From Gemmatimonadota bacterium (GTDB lineage: Bacteria > Gemmatimonadota > Gemmatimonadetes > Palauibacterales > Palauibacteraceae): DNA of 64,000 nucleotides. The position numbers and the translations under genes were made by a program. The DNA lies in contig OZ220691.1 of assembly GCA_965116475.1 (NCBI GenBank), forward strand, positions 1,600,001 to 1,664,000, read 5' to 3'. Positions 8,101 through 17,436 of this stretch are shown piece after piece. The notes under the pieces were generated by a model, which saw only the letters and a list, made by a program, of their open reading frames with translations, was not told the DNA's origin and did not search any database. The first letter of the stretch is position 1; the number at the start of each line of letters is the position of its first letter.

Positions 8101-9177
8101 CTACCCCTCGAGCAGGGTTTCGATGTGGGCGGCGGTGGCGAGCGCGGTGCCGTCGAGGTTGTAGCCGCCCTCCAGCAGCGAGACGACGCGGCCGTCGCAG
8201 CAGGTGTCCGCGTAGTCCATCGCGGTGCGCGTCATGCGCCGGAAGGCATCGTCCGTGAGCGCGAAGCAGCCCAGGAGGTCGTCGACGCGGCTGTCGAAGC
8301 CCGCGGAGAGGATGACGAAGTCCGGGTCGAAGGTGGCGACGGCGGGCGAGAGCGTGTCGTCCCAGCGGGCCAGCATGTCGGCGTCGGTGGCGCCGCAGTC
8401 GAGGTGCACGTTGATGTTGAGTCCGCTTCCCTCGCCCTCGCCCGTGAGGGCGGGGTCGCCCGTGCGTGGATAGGCGGCCCAGTCGTGGGCGGAGAAGAAG
8501 AGCACGGACGGATCATCGTAGAAGGCGTTCTGCGTCGCGTTCCCGTGGTGGTAGTCCCAGTCGATGACGAGGACCCGCTCGAACCCGTGCACCCGCTGGG
8601 CGTATCTCGCGGCCACGGCGGCGTTGCTGTAGTAGCAGAACCCTTCCTCGGCGCCGGTGTTGTTGGCATGGTGGCCGGGAGGGCGGATGGCGCAAAACGC
8701 GTTCCGCACCTGCCCCGCGACGACCGCATCGATGGCGGTCAGCGCGCCGGACACGGCGAGTTCCGCAACCGGGCCGGAGACGTCGAGTTCGCGGATCGAC
8801 GCCACGTGCTCCGGGGTGTGGTGCGCCTCGATGTGCGGCCTCGCTTCGGCGGCCGGCGCGAGCGGCACCGTGGCCTCGTCCAGCCCCCGCGCGACGAGTT
8901 CCTCCCTGATGCGCACGAGGCGGTCGGGAACCTCCGGGGGGCGCGCGCCGTCCGGCCGGATGAGGACGTGGTCCAGGTAGCGGTCGTCCCAAACGAGTCC
9001 GGTCCCCGTGGCGGGGACGGAAGCCGGGCCGCTCGCGGCGCCCTCGGACTCCCCGGCGTCGGGGGCCGGACGGCAGGACCAGGCGGCGGCCGGAAGCAGG
9101 CCGAGGCCCGCGACACCCAGCGCGGCCTCTTCGACGAACTTCCTTCGGGTGCGGGCGAGATCTCTCGGTGTGCGCAT
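8101..9177 (-). CDS. Histone deacetylase/acetylpolyamine amidohydrolase family protein, Tat-exported
   Basis: RPPGHHA, GFCYYSN, IDWDYHHGNATQ, SAGFDS, LEGGY; N-terminal TRRKFV twin-arginine signal with AAWSC. Confidence 0.92.
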   Translation of the reverse strand: MRTPRDLARTRRKFVEEAALGVAGLGLLPAAAWSCRPAPDAGESEGAASGPASVPATGTGLVWDDRYLDHVLIRPDGARPPEVPDRLVRIREELVARGLDEATVPLAPAAEARPHIEAHHTPEHVASIRELDVSGPVAELAVSGALTAIDAVVAGQVRNAFCAIRPPGHHANNTGAEEGFCYYSNAAVAARYAQRVHGFERVLVIDWDYHHGNATQNAFYDDPSVLFFSAHDWAAYPRTGDPALTGEGEGSGLNINVHLDCGATDADMLARWDDTLSPAVATFDPDFVILSAGFDSRVDDLLGCFALTDDAFRRMTRTAMDYADTCCDGRVVSLLEGGYNLDGTALATAAHIETLLEG

Positions 9178-9291
9178 GGCGGGACCCCCTTTCCTGAAAC
9201 TAGACTAATCGAGGCTTGACGTGGGTCGCGAGAGCCGTCGCGAGAACCGGTCGCGGGTGTGCGACCGGCCCCCCTGACCTCGAGGTATCCC

Positions 9292-10140
9292 ATGGCCGCC
9301 GGAAACACGCGCAGGAACCCTCCTCTCCGAGCCCTCCGCCTGCTGGCTGGCGTGGCGGGAGGACTGATCGTTTTGCACGGCTGCGGCGGGACGCCGGAGG
9401 AGGAGGAGACCGACGCGATGGCAGAGCCCGAGGAGGCCGCGGACACGCGGATCGTGGACCGGCTCGCCGCCGGGGACGCGGTGTTCGGGCTCTTCTCCGG
9501 CGATCACACGCCCGAGGCCGGCGCCGCCATGGCCGCGAACCGCCCGCTCGATTTCGTGTTCTACTCGCTGGAGTCCGGCCCCTTCGACATCCCCGCGCTC
9601 GAGGGTTACGCCGCCGGGATGTCGGAAGCCTTCGGACACGAAATGCCCCACCCGATGCTGCTGCGCATCCCCCCGATCCGGGACGGGCACGACGAGGCGC
9701 GGGACCGCGCCGCGCAGGGGTTGGCGGCCGGCGTCTCCGGCATCGTCTACCCGCACGTCGAGACCGCGGAGGAGGCCGCCCTCGCGGTGGACGCGCTCGG
9801 CAACGCCGCCTGGCCGGGCAATCCGGACGGCCACCTGATCAGCTTCCTCCTCATCGAGGACCAGGTCGGGATCGACAACGTGCGGGAGATCGTCTCCACC
9901 CCCGGCGTCAGCGCCGTCTCGCCGGGGCCGGGCGATCTGCGGCGCGTCTACGACGGAGACATGGAGAAGGTGGAGGAGGCGATCCAGATCGTGCTCGCCG
10001 CCTGTCTCGAGTTCGACGTGCCGTGCGGGGTCACGGCGGGCGTGGACGACATCGCCACGCGGATCGAGCAGGGGTTCCGCGTGTTCATCGTCACCCAGCC
10101 GGACGCCGTCGCCCTCGGGATGGCCGCCGCCGGCCGTTAG
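9292..10140 (+). CDS. HpcH/HpaI aldolase/citrate lyase family protein with a lipoprotein signal
   Basis: GIVYPHVETAEEA, LIEDQVGIDNVREI, PGPGDL; GAGGT RBS; lipobox LHGC. Confidence 0.8.
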   Translation: MAAGNTRRNPPLRALRLLAGVAGGLIVLHGCGGTPEEEETDAMAEPEEAADTRIVDRLAAGDAVFGLFSGDHTPEAGAAMAANRPLDFVFYSLESGPFDIPALEGYAAGMSEAFGHEMPHPMLLRIPPIRDGHDEARDRAAQGLAAGVSGIVYPHVETAEEAALAVDALGNAAWPGNPDGHLISFLLIEDQVGIDNVREIVSTPGVSAVSPGPGDLRRVYDGDMEKVEEAIQIVLAACLEFDVPCGVTAGVDDIATRIEQGFRVFIVTQPDAVALGMAAAGR

Positions 10141-10165
10141 CCGGGTTTTTCGCGCAGGAGGGAAG

Positions 10166-11701
10166 ATGAAATCGCTCAGCCTGATCACATCCGTCGTCGC
10201 GCTCGGCCTTGTGCCCGCGGGCGCGCTCGCCCAGGAAGGCTCCGGAGGCGGGAACGGCAACGAGCCCGAGCCTTCGCGCTGGGAGACGAACCATTCCATC
10301 GTCGTGGACGGGGAGACCGTCGAATACCAGGCGGTCGTGGGCAGCGTCATCCTCCGCGACAACGAGGAGAACGCGACCGGGGAACTCTTCTACACGGGAT
10401 ACTTCCGGACGAACGGCGGCGACCCCTCCACGCGACCCATCATCTTCGCCTACAACGGGGGGCCCGGGTCGGCCTCCTTCTGGCTCCACATGGGGATCAT
10501 GGGGCCGCGCCGCGTCGTCACGCCCAACGTGGGCCAGCAGGCGCCGCCGCCGTACCCGCTCGTCGACAACGGCTACACCGTGCTCGACATCGCAGACGTC
10601 GTGATGGTGGACCCGATCGGCACCGGGTTCAGCCGTCCCGCGGGGGACGCGGACGGGACCGATTTCTGGGGGATGGATGAGGACGCTTCCTCCCTCACCC
10701 AGTTCATCCGCCGGTTCCTGAGCGAGAACCGGCGCTGGAATTCGCCCCGCTACATCCTCGGCGAGAGCTACGGCACGACGCGATCCGTGCTGCTCGCGCG
10801 CCACCTCCAGAGCGCGAACATTGACTTGAACGGGATCGTGCTCGTCTCCGCCGTCATCGACTTCAACACGCTCCAGTTCCCGGATGGGTCCCACATCGGC
10901 TTCATCACGAACGTCCCGTCCTTCGCGGTCGCCGCCGAGTACCACGACATGCTGCCGGGTGGGCGCCCCGACGATCTCGAGGCGTTCATGAAGGAGGTCG
11001 AGGCGTGGGCGCTGACCGACTACGCGCAGGCGCTGCTCGCCGGCACCGCCGTGGATCCCGAACTGCGCGCGCGGGTGCTGCGGCAGATGCACGAGTACAC
11101 GGGGCTGAGCATGGAGTACCTGGACAAGGCCGATCTGCGCGTTTCGGCGCCCGAGTTCGAGAAGGAACTGCTGCGCGACCGGCGGCTCACGCTGGCGCGG
11201 CTCGACACCCGGTTCACGGGACCGACGGGAGACCTGCTCGACCTGACCCCCGACCACGACGCGCAGTCTTCGGCCATCAGCTCGGCCTACACCTCCCTCT
11301 TCAATACGTACGTGCGGGACGAACTCGGCTACGACGGCGACCGCGAGTACTGGCCCAGCGGGATGGCGCGCCCGTGGAACTGGGAGCGAGAGGGCGGGCG
11401 TCGCGGACCCTTCGGCGGCTCGGCACTCAACGTGGGGCCCGACCTCGCACACGCGATCGAACGCAACCCGCGCCTCGAGGTCCTGCTCATCAACGGGATC
11501 TACGACTTCGCGACGCCGTACTTCCCCATCGTGTGGTCGCTGGAGCAACTCGGCCTGCCGCCGGATCTGCGCGACAACATCACGCGCGACGACTTCGCCG
11601 CCGGCCACATGATGTACGTGGAAGAGAGCCTGCTCCCGCAGTGGCGCGAGACGCTGACGACGTTCATCACCCGCACGGCCGGCGCAAACCTCGTCCCTTA
11701 G
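10166..11701 (+). CDS. Peptidase S10 (serine carboxypeptidase), exported
   Basis: NGGPGSAS, DPIGTGFS, GESYG nucleophile, GIYDFATP, AGHMMY; signal peptide. Confidence 0.93.
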   Translation: MKSLSLITSVVALGLVPAGALAQEGSGGGNGNEPEPSRWETNHSIVVDGETVEYQAVVGSVILRDNEENATGELFYTGYFRTNGGDPSTRPIIFAYNGGPGSASFWLHMGIMGPRRVVTPNVGQQAPPPYPLVDNGYTVLDIADVVMVDPIGTGFSRPAGDADGTDFWGMDEDASSLTQFIRRFLSENRRWNSPRYILGESYGTTRSVLLARHLQSANIDLNGIVLVSAVIDFNTLQFPDGSHIGFITNVPSFAVAAEYHDMLPGGRPDDLEAFMKEVEAWALTDYAQALLAGTAVDPELRARVLRQMHEYTGLSMEYLDKADLRVSAPEFEKELLRDRRLTLARLDTRFTGPTGDLLDLTPDHDAQSSAISSAYTSLFNTYVRDELGYDGDREYWPSGMARPWNWEREGGRRGPFGGSALNVGPDLAHAIERNPRLEVLLINGIYDFATPYFPIVWSLEQLGLPPDLRDNITRDDFAAGHMMYVEESLLPQWRETLTTFITRTAGANLVP

Positions 11702-11803
11702 CTCGCCTCACTTCCACACACGGTTGAGGGCGTGATGACGGCACCGCGCATCATCGGTTCAGGATTGGATCGGATGCGAGCGCGGAGCTATGATGTGGAT
11801 ACC

Positions 11804-12391
11804 ATGCAACTTACCGAAGTCACCTGGCGAGACGCGCAGCGGATGCCCGACGACGGCAACCGCTATGAGGCGATCGGCGGGGTCCTGCACGTGACCGCCG
11901 CCCCCAGGTGGCGCCACCAGGTGGTCGGCGCGCGGCTCCTGAGGAAGCTGTGCGAGTTGTTGGAGGATCCCGGACACGGCGAGGTCGTGCCCACGCCCGG
12001 CGTCGAGTTCCCCGCCACCGGCGAAGGCGTGCAGCCGGACATCCTCTTCGTCTCCAACGAGCGGCGCCACCTCGTCGAGGAGGCGGGACTCGTGGGGGCA
12101 CCCGACCTGGTCGTGGAGGTGCTCTCCCCCTCTACCGCCGAGCGCGACCGCGGCGTGAAGCGGCGGCTCTACGAGCGCCAGGGCGTGCGCGAGTACTGGA
12201 TCGTGGACCTCGTAGAGAACCGGGTCGACGTGTACCGCTTCGGCTCGGGAGCCGGGACGACGGGAACGGAAGTGACCCTCAGGCCCGAGCGCTTCCACCG
12301 CCTGCTCCCCGTCCGCCTCGGTGACACGCAGGTCGGCGCGATCGACCTCTCCGCCATCTTCGCCCCCGGATTCGTCGACACCCCCCGCTGA
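11804..12391 (+). CDS. Uma2 family endonuclease (PD-(D/E)xK)
   Basis: RYEAIGG, HQ, QPDILF, PDLVVEVLSPST...D...KRRLY...GVREYWIVD; start uncertain. Confidence 0.92.
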   Translation: MQLTEVTWRDAQRMPDDGNRYEAIGGVLHVTAAPRWRHQVVGARLLRKLCELLEDPGHGEVVPTPGVEFPATGEGVQPDILFVSNERRHLVEEAGLVGAPDLVVEVLSPSTAERDRGVKRRLYERQGVREYWIVDLVENRVDVYRFGSGAGTTGTEVTLRPERFHRLLPVRLGDTQVGAIDLSAIFAPGFVDTPR

Positions 12392-12447
12392 CGGACCCCC
12401 GCAGGCCGGACACAACGTCTCCCACGAAGGCACTTTTCGGCGTTTTG

Positions 12448-12562
12448 CCGAATCACCCGCTGAGTTCTGTCCGAATCACCCGCTGGATTCTGTCCGAATC
12501 ACCCGCTGGATTCTGTCCAAATCACCCGTTAGGTTTTTTCCGAATCACCCGTTGGAGATTCT
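12448..12562. repeat. Five tandem 23-bp repeats, core CCRAATCACCCGYT
   Basis: Units start at 12448, 12471, 12494, 12517 and 12540; copies 2 and 3 are identical (CCGAATCACCCGCTGGATTCTGT). Confidence 0.95.
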
Positions 12563-12576
12563 ATTTCAGGATTCTC

Positions 12577-13827
12577 ATGGACTACATCACCCGAATCGTC
12601 GACCAGGAACTCAAGGAACGGCTCGAGGCCACGGGTGCCGTGGTGATCGAGGGCCCGAAGGCCTGCGGAAAGACCGCCACTGCCAGGAATCTGGCGGCAA
12701 GCGAGGTACGGCTCGACGTCGACCGTAACGCTCGGCGCATGGTCGGCGCCTCTCCCGGCACGGTTCTGAGCGGCGACACGCCCCGCCTCATTGACGAGTG
12801 GCAGGTCGAGCCGGACATCTGGAACCATGTGCGGAGAGCCGTGGACGACCGGGGCGCTCCCGGGCAGTTCATCCTGACCGGCTCGGCGGTTCCCGCGGAC
12901 GATGTGACGCGGCACACCGGTGCCGGCCGGATGACACGGCTCAGAATGCGCACATTCTCGCTCCTGGAAGCCGGTCATTCGTCCGGCCGAGTATCCCTCG
13001 CCGCACTGTTGAACGGAGAAGTCCAGAGTTCGGAGCCATCCACTCTCACGGTTCCCGAACTGGCGGAGCTGATCTGCCGAGGGGGCTGGCCGGGGCACCT
13101 CCGCTACCCATTGGATCGCGCGCTGCGCAACAACCGGGGCTATCTGGACGAAATCCGCCGTGTCGATGTCTCAGCCGTGAGCGGAAGACGGAGAGACCCC
13201 GTCAAGGTCGGACGCCTGCTGCGGTCGCTGGCAAGGAACGTGACAACCCCAGCCACCCTCACGACTCTGGTCAAGGATGTGCGCGGAGGCGCCCCGACCA
13301 TGAAGCCGGAGACGGCAGCCGAGTATCTTGAAGCGCTCGAGCGCCTTATGGTCGTCGAGGATCTGCCCGCCTGGGCGCCGCACCTGCGATCGCGGACACG
13401 ATTGAGAAGCACGCCGGTGAGGCACTTCGTCGACCCGTCCCTCGCGGCGGCCGCGCTTAGCGCCACCCCGCAGCGTCTCATTGACGACCTCGAGTACCTG
13501 GGTTTCCTGTTCGAGGCCATGGTCGTCCGAGACCTGCGTGTCTACGCACAGGAGGCCGAAGCGGAGGTGTATCACTACCGGGAAAAGGCGGGCCTGGAAG
13601 TGGACGCGGTCGTCGAGTGCGACGATGGGCGCTGGGCAGCCTTCGAAATCAAGCTGGGAGACCGCTGGGTGGACAAGGGGAAGACCAGCCTGCGCAAGCT
13701 GGCAAGACGCATGATCGAGGGCGGGCGCGGCGCACCCTCCGCGCTGGCGGTGATCATACCGAACGGTTACGGCCACGTGCCGCGTGGCGATGTCGGCGTC
13801 ATCCCCATCGGAACGCTGGGGCCTTAG
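12577..13827 (+). CDS. AAA+ ATP-binding protein (AAA_14 plus DUF4143)
   Basis: Walker A GPKACGKT, Walker B LIDEWQ, ILTGS, GGWP, RHFVDPSL, GFLFEAMV, EVD...EIK nuclease-like tail. Confidence 0.92.
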   Translation: MDYITRIVDQELKERLEATGAVVIEGPKACGKTATARNLAASEVRLDVDRNARRMVGASPGTVLSGDTPRLIDEWQVEPDIWNHVRRAVDDRGAPGQFILTGSAVPADDVTRHTGAGRMTRLRMRTFSLLEAGHSSGRVSLAALLNGEVQSSEPSTLTVPELAELICRGGWPGHLRYPLDRALRNNRGYLDEIRRVDVSAVSGRRRDPVKVGRLLRSLARNVTTPATLTTLVKDVRGGAPTMKPETAAEYLEALERLMVVEDLPAWAPHLRSRTRLRSTPVRHFVDPSLAAAALSATPQRLIDDLEYLGFLFEAMVVRDLRVYAQEAEAEVYHYREKAGLEVDAVVECDDGRWAAFEIKLGDRWVDKGKTSLRKLARRMIEGGRGAPSALAVIIPNGYGHVPRGDVGVIPIGTLGP

Positions 13828-13880
13828 CTACCCCTTCCACCGACGGGGTTGCCGCCGCTTAGCCGGGTCGCGATGAGCCG

Positions 13881-14429
13881 TCACCAGATGGTTTCGTAGC
13901 GCGCGGGGGCGAGGTTCCAGGTTTCGCCGTAGACGTGCAGGCGGTTGGTCGGTCCGTCGGGGCCGACGAGCGGGGCGCCGGCGTGGGTCCATGAGAGGAG
14001 GCTCCCGCGCAGGTTGAGTACGCGCCGGCCTTGCTCGTTCTGCCGCTTCGCATACTCGGAACTTCGGTGGCCGATCGTGCAGTAGGCCACGACGGTCATG
14101 TCGGCGTAGCGGTCGGAATTCCGTTCGAACTCCTCGGAGGTGATGGAACCGGGGATCCAGGAGACCTCGCGCTCGCGGGGCGCCCGGGCGTCGACGAGCA
14201 CGACGCTTCCGGTCTCGAGCAATCGCCCCACCTCTTCCACGGTGACGGCCTCCACCTCCGGAAAGCGCCGTTCGACTTCCTCCACCATCTCTTCCACGCG
14301 CGCGAGCTTCTCGGCATCTGTCAGGCCCGCCGCCGGCGCCTGACCCGTACAACCGGTGGCGGCGACGAGTATGAGCGACGGAGCCAAAGCCAGGAGCGCC
14401 GGCGCCAGAGCTGCCTTGTGTCGTTCCAT
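13881..14429 (-). CDS. Rhodanese-like domain protein (exported/lipoprotein)
   Basis: LVDARAPRE..VSWIPGS, YCTIGHRS, NLRGSLLSW; hydrophobic N-terminus ending ATGC. Confidence 0.85.
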   Translation of the reverse strand: MERHKAALAPALLALAPSLILVAATGCTGQAPAAGLTDAEKLARVEEMVEEVERRFPEVEAVTVEEVGRLLETGSVVLVDARAPREREVSWIPGSITSEEFERNSDRYADMTVVAYCTIGHRSSEYAKRQNEQGRRVLNLRGSLLSWTHAGAPLVGPDGPTNRLHVYGETWNLAPARYETIW

Positions 14430-14472
14430 CGTCTCTCTCACGGACGGATCCTCATTCTTCGGGACGGGCCGC

Positions 14473-15744
14473 TCAGGCGGCGCGGGCGGTGGCGATGCCC
14501 TCGGCCAGCGCTTCCACCAGCCGCGGAATCGTGTGCGCCGGCGTCGCGCACAGGGCGATCCGCACCGCGCCCTCTATCGGGACCACGTACACCCCCGCCT
14601 CGCGCATGGTGGCGGCCGTCACCTCTGCGTCCGGCGTGAACACCGAGACGAAGAAGCCGCCCTCGTAGCGCGGGTAGGACAGCCCCGCGGCCCCCGCAAG
14701 CTCGTTGAAGACCGCGACGCGCTCGTTGAGGAGGCGAATCATCCCCGCGCGCTCCTCATCCGTGCGCCGGCGCAGTTCCGGATCGGTGAGGAGTTCGGTG
14801 GCGCCCAGCAGGCCGAGGTGGTTGCAGTTCGACCACGTGGCCCGGCACGAGAACCCGAGCGCGTTCGAGATCCGCTGCCGTTCCTCCGCCTCCCGGTGGA
14901 GCGCCACGAGCGCCCCCACCCGCGCGCCGTAGAGGGCGAACGACTTCGACACGGTCCAGCCCACGAGCACCGTGGCGGACTCCATCATCCGCGGGAGCTG
15001 GGCGATCCAGCCGTTGGACCCTTCGTCCCCGAACTTCGCGTAGGCGTGGTCGAGGAGGAACGCGACCGGACCCCTCCGGCCGACCTCCCGCACGATCTCC
15101 GCCACGGCTTCCCACTCCGACTCGTCGAGCGAATAGCCGGTGGGGTTGTTGCAGGGGAAGTTGAAGAGGACGAGCGACCGCCCCTGACGGTCGACCTGGC
15201 CCTCGAGCGCCGCCCGGAAGGCGTCGACATCGAGGCGGATCCCGGCGTCGAACATGTTGAAGGTCTCGACCGCGCGTCCCGAATGGGTCGAGATCGTGTG
15301 GTACGGACCCCAGTAGTAGCTGGGCGTGAGCGCCGCCTGCCCGGGCTCGAGGAAGTTCAGGATCGCGTGGTGGATCGCCCCGGTGCTCCCCGGCGTGGCC
15401 ACGGCGACCGCCTGATCGGCCAGCGCGCCCTCCCCCAGGAGGTCCGCGATCACCGCGGCGAGGTATGGAGGGTCTCCGGAGATCGGCGCGTAGCCGGCGG
15501 CGCGCGCGTGCGGCACGCGCCCCAGCGCCTCGGCGGCCGCGGGCATCACCGCGAGGCTCCCGTCGTCGTTCATCAGCGCCCCGAGCGTCGAGTTCAGGAT
15601 CGACTCGCCCGCCGCGGCCCGCCGCACCGCCTCGCCGTGCAGGGCGAAGATCGGGTCGTTGCCTTCGCGCGCGGCCGCCTCGGGTATGAGGCTGCCGGGA
15701 GAACCGGAAGGGGGCGTCGTCGCCGCCGTCGTCGCCGTCGTCAT
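14473..15744 (-). CDS. PLP-dependent aminotransferase class I/II
   Basis: NNPTGYS, DHAY, PLP-Lys in SKSFALYGARVG. Confidence 0.9.
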   Translation of the reverse strand: MTTATTAATTPPSGSPGSLIPEAAAREGNDPIFALHGEAVRRAAAGESILNSTLGALMNDDGSLAVMPAAAEALGRVPHARAAGYAPISGDPPYLAAVIADLLGEGALADQAVAVATPGSTGAIHHAILNFLEPGQAALTPSYYWGPYHTISTHSGRAVETFNMFDAGIRLDVDAFRAALEGQVDRQGRSLVLFNFPCNNPTGYSLDESEWEAVAEIVREVGRRGPVAFLLDHAYAKFGDEGSNGWIAQLPRMMESATVLVGWTVSKSFALYGARVGALVALHREAEERQRISNALGFSCRATWSNCNHLGLLGATELLTDPELRRRTDEERAGMIRLLNERVAVFNELAGAAGLSYPRYEGGFFVSVFTPDAEVTAATMREAGVYVVPIEGAVRIALCATPAHTIPRLVEALAEGIATARAA

Positions 15745-15760
15745 CCTCCGTTATCCTCCG

Positions 15761-17236
15761 TTACCGGACCTTGTTCGAATAATTTCCATGCACGCTGTAG
15801 CGGGCGATGGCGCCGTCCTCCCGGTGGAAGATATACGCCTCTCCCGGCTCGCCGTCGTCCCGTATGCGCCGGAAGGTATCGCCGCCCTCGTGCCGCAGCT
15901 TGGTCATTCCCTCGACCGGGTCATTCGAGGGGAGACCGAGGGCCGCGAGGCCGTCGTCCCACTGGAGGATGACCGTTTCTCCCCACGTGGACTGGTACAG
16001 CCCCTCGTACTCCGCCAGGGAGGCCGGGCGCGCGGTGCCGCCGTCCGGGTCGCTGCGGATCTCCTCGAGGGCCGCCCCGAGCGTCTCCATCATCCTCGTC
16101 CACACATCGGTGGGATTGGCGAGGGCGTTCATCATCACCACCCCCGCCAGCTTCTTCGCGGGCAGGAGCTGGAAGGTCGAGCGGAAGCCCGGGCAGCTCC
16201 CGCCGTGGCCCACCGCGCGCTCCCCGTCGCGGCGCGAGACCGCGAAGCCGAGCCCCCACATCGTGTCGAAGTCGGGGTCGACCCAGTGCACGCGGTGCAT
16301 CTCCCTCAGCGTGTTCACATCGAGGATCTCCGTGCCCCCGTTCTCCAGCAGGCGGAACTGCCACGAGGCAAGGCGCGCGAGATCCTCCACCGTCGAGGCG
16401 AACCCCGCCGCGGACGCCATCCCCAGCGCCTGGAAGAAGGGAGCTTCGGCCCGGTCGCCGTCCCGCTCGAGCCGCGAGTACCCGGTGGCGTAGCGGCCGC
16501 CCCGGTGCTCGACGGGAATGTCGGTGTACGTGTCGGACATCCCCAGCGGCTCCAGAATCCGGCTCCGGATGTACTCGTCGTACCCCATCCCCGAAGCCTG
16601 CTCGACGAGTTGCCCCGCCAGCGCCATCCCCAGGTTCGAGTACTGGAAGTAGCGGCGGCCGGGATACAGCGTCTCCTGCCCCGAGAGCCCCTCGATGATC
16701 TCGTCCCGCGTGGGGAAGGGATGGTCGGGGCCGGTCCAGTAGGGGTGCGCCGATTCGCGCGGGAGTCCGGAGGAGTGGGTGAGGATCCCCTCCACGCTCA
16801 CGCTCGGACCATCGGCAAACACCTGCTCGAGGTCGTACCACGGAAGGTGCGCGGATACCGGGTCGTCGAGATCCAGCTTGCCCTCGTCCCGCTGCTGCAT
16901 CACGCCGATGGAGGTGAAGAGCTTCGAGATCGAACACACGGAATACATGGTCGACGGGGTGGCGGGGACCGCGGTCTCGCGGTGCGCGTACCCGTAGCCG
17001 CGGGCCCATACGAGGTCCTGGTCGTGCACGAGCGCCGCGGACACGCCGGGGATCTTCTCGTACGCCATCTTCGCGTCGAGCCACGCATCGAACAGCGCCA
17101 CCGCCTGCTCGAAGCGCGGATCGTTCACGGGATCGCCGTTCCCCTGCGCGCACCCGGCCGCGGGAGCCGCGAGAAGGACGGCGAAGACGAGGGCGATGGC
17201 GCGGCGCCATGGACGATCTCGGGACGGGCGAGCCAT
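15761..17236 (-). CDS. Serine hydrolase, beta-lactamase family (AmpC/PBP-like), exported
   Basis: SISK, LTHSSGL, YSN, GHGGSCPG; GGAGG RBS before ATG 17236. Confidence 0.92.
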   Translation of the reverse strand: MARPSRDRPWRRAIALVFAVLLAAPAAGCAQGNGDPVNDPRFEQAVALFDAWLDAKMAYEKIPGVSAALVHDQDLVWARGYGYAHRETAVPATPSTMYSVCSISKLFTSIGVMQQRDEGKLDLDDPVSAHLPWYDLEQVFADGPSVSVEGILTHSSGLPRESAHPYWTGPDHPFPTRDEIIEGLSGQETLYPGRRYFQYSNLGMALAGQLVEQASGMGYDEYIRSRILEPLGMSDTYTDIPVEHRGGRYATGYSRLERDGDRAEAPFFQALGMASAAGFASTVEDLARLASWQFRLLENGGTEILDVNTLREMHRVHWVDPDFDTMWGLGFAVSRRDGERAVGHGGSCPGFRSTFQLLPAKKLAGVVMMNALANPTDVWTRMMETLGAALEEIRSDPDGGTARPASLAEYEGLYQSTWGETVILQWDDGLAALGLPSNDPVEGMTKLRHEGGDTFRRIRDDGEPGEAYIFHREDGAIARYSVHGNYSNKVR

Positions 17237-17290
17237 GGCAGGACCTCCTTTGTTGGCGGGGAAGCCGCAAGGTGCCGAAGCCGGACGGGC

Positions 17291-17334
17291 CGGGGCAAGC
17301 ACGGGGCAGACACAGGGCAGGCACAGGGCAGGCA
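17291..17334. repeat. Four tandem 11-bp repeats (CRGGGCARRCA) in a divergent intergenic region
   Basis: CGGGGCAAGCA, CGGGGCAGACA, CAGGGCAGGCA, CAGGGCAGGCA. Confidence 0.85.
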
Positions 17335-17436
17335 CCGCGCGAACCCGTCCCGGGGCTCTGGCGCGGAGGCGGGGGGTGCGCCACCCTTCGGCATGGCTCT
17401 TCCACCTGTCTTCCACCCGCACGAAAGGACCGAGAC

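Noticed and set aside
9224..9270. GTCGCGAGA-type short repeats and a small hairpin in the deacetylase/aldolase intergenic region
   Set aside because: Short, degenerate and GC-rich; cannot be distinguished from chance
12448..12562. CRISPR array
   Set aside because: The period is only 23 bp with no unique spacers (variable parts are related and two are identical), and there are no cas genes in the window
12445..12576. N-terminal extension of the AAA ATPase
   Set aside because: It is only the translation of the 23-bp DNA repeat; family-like sequence begins at ATG 12577
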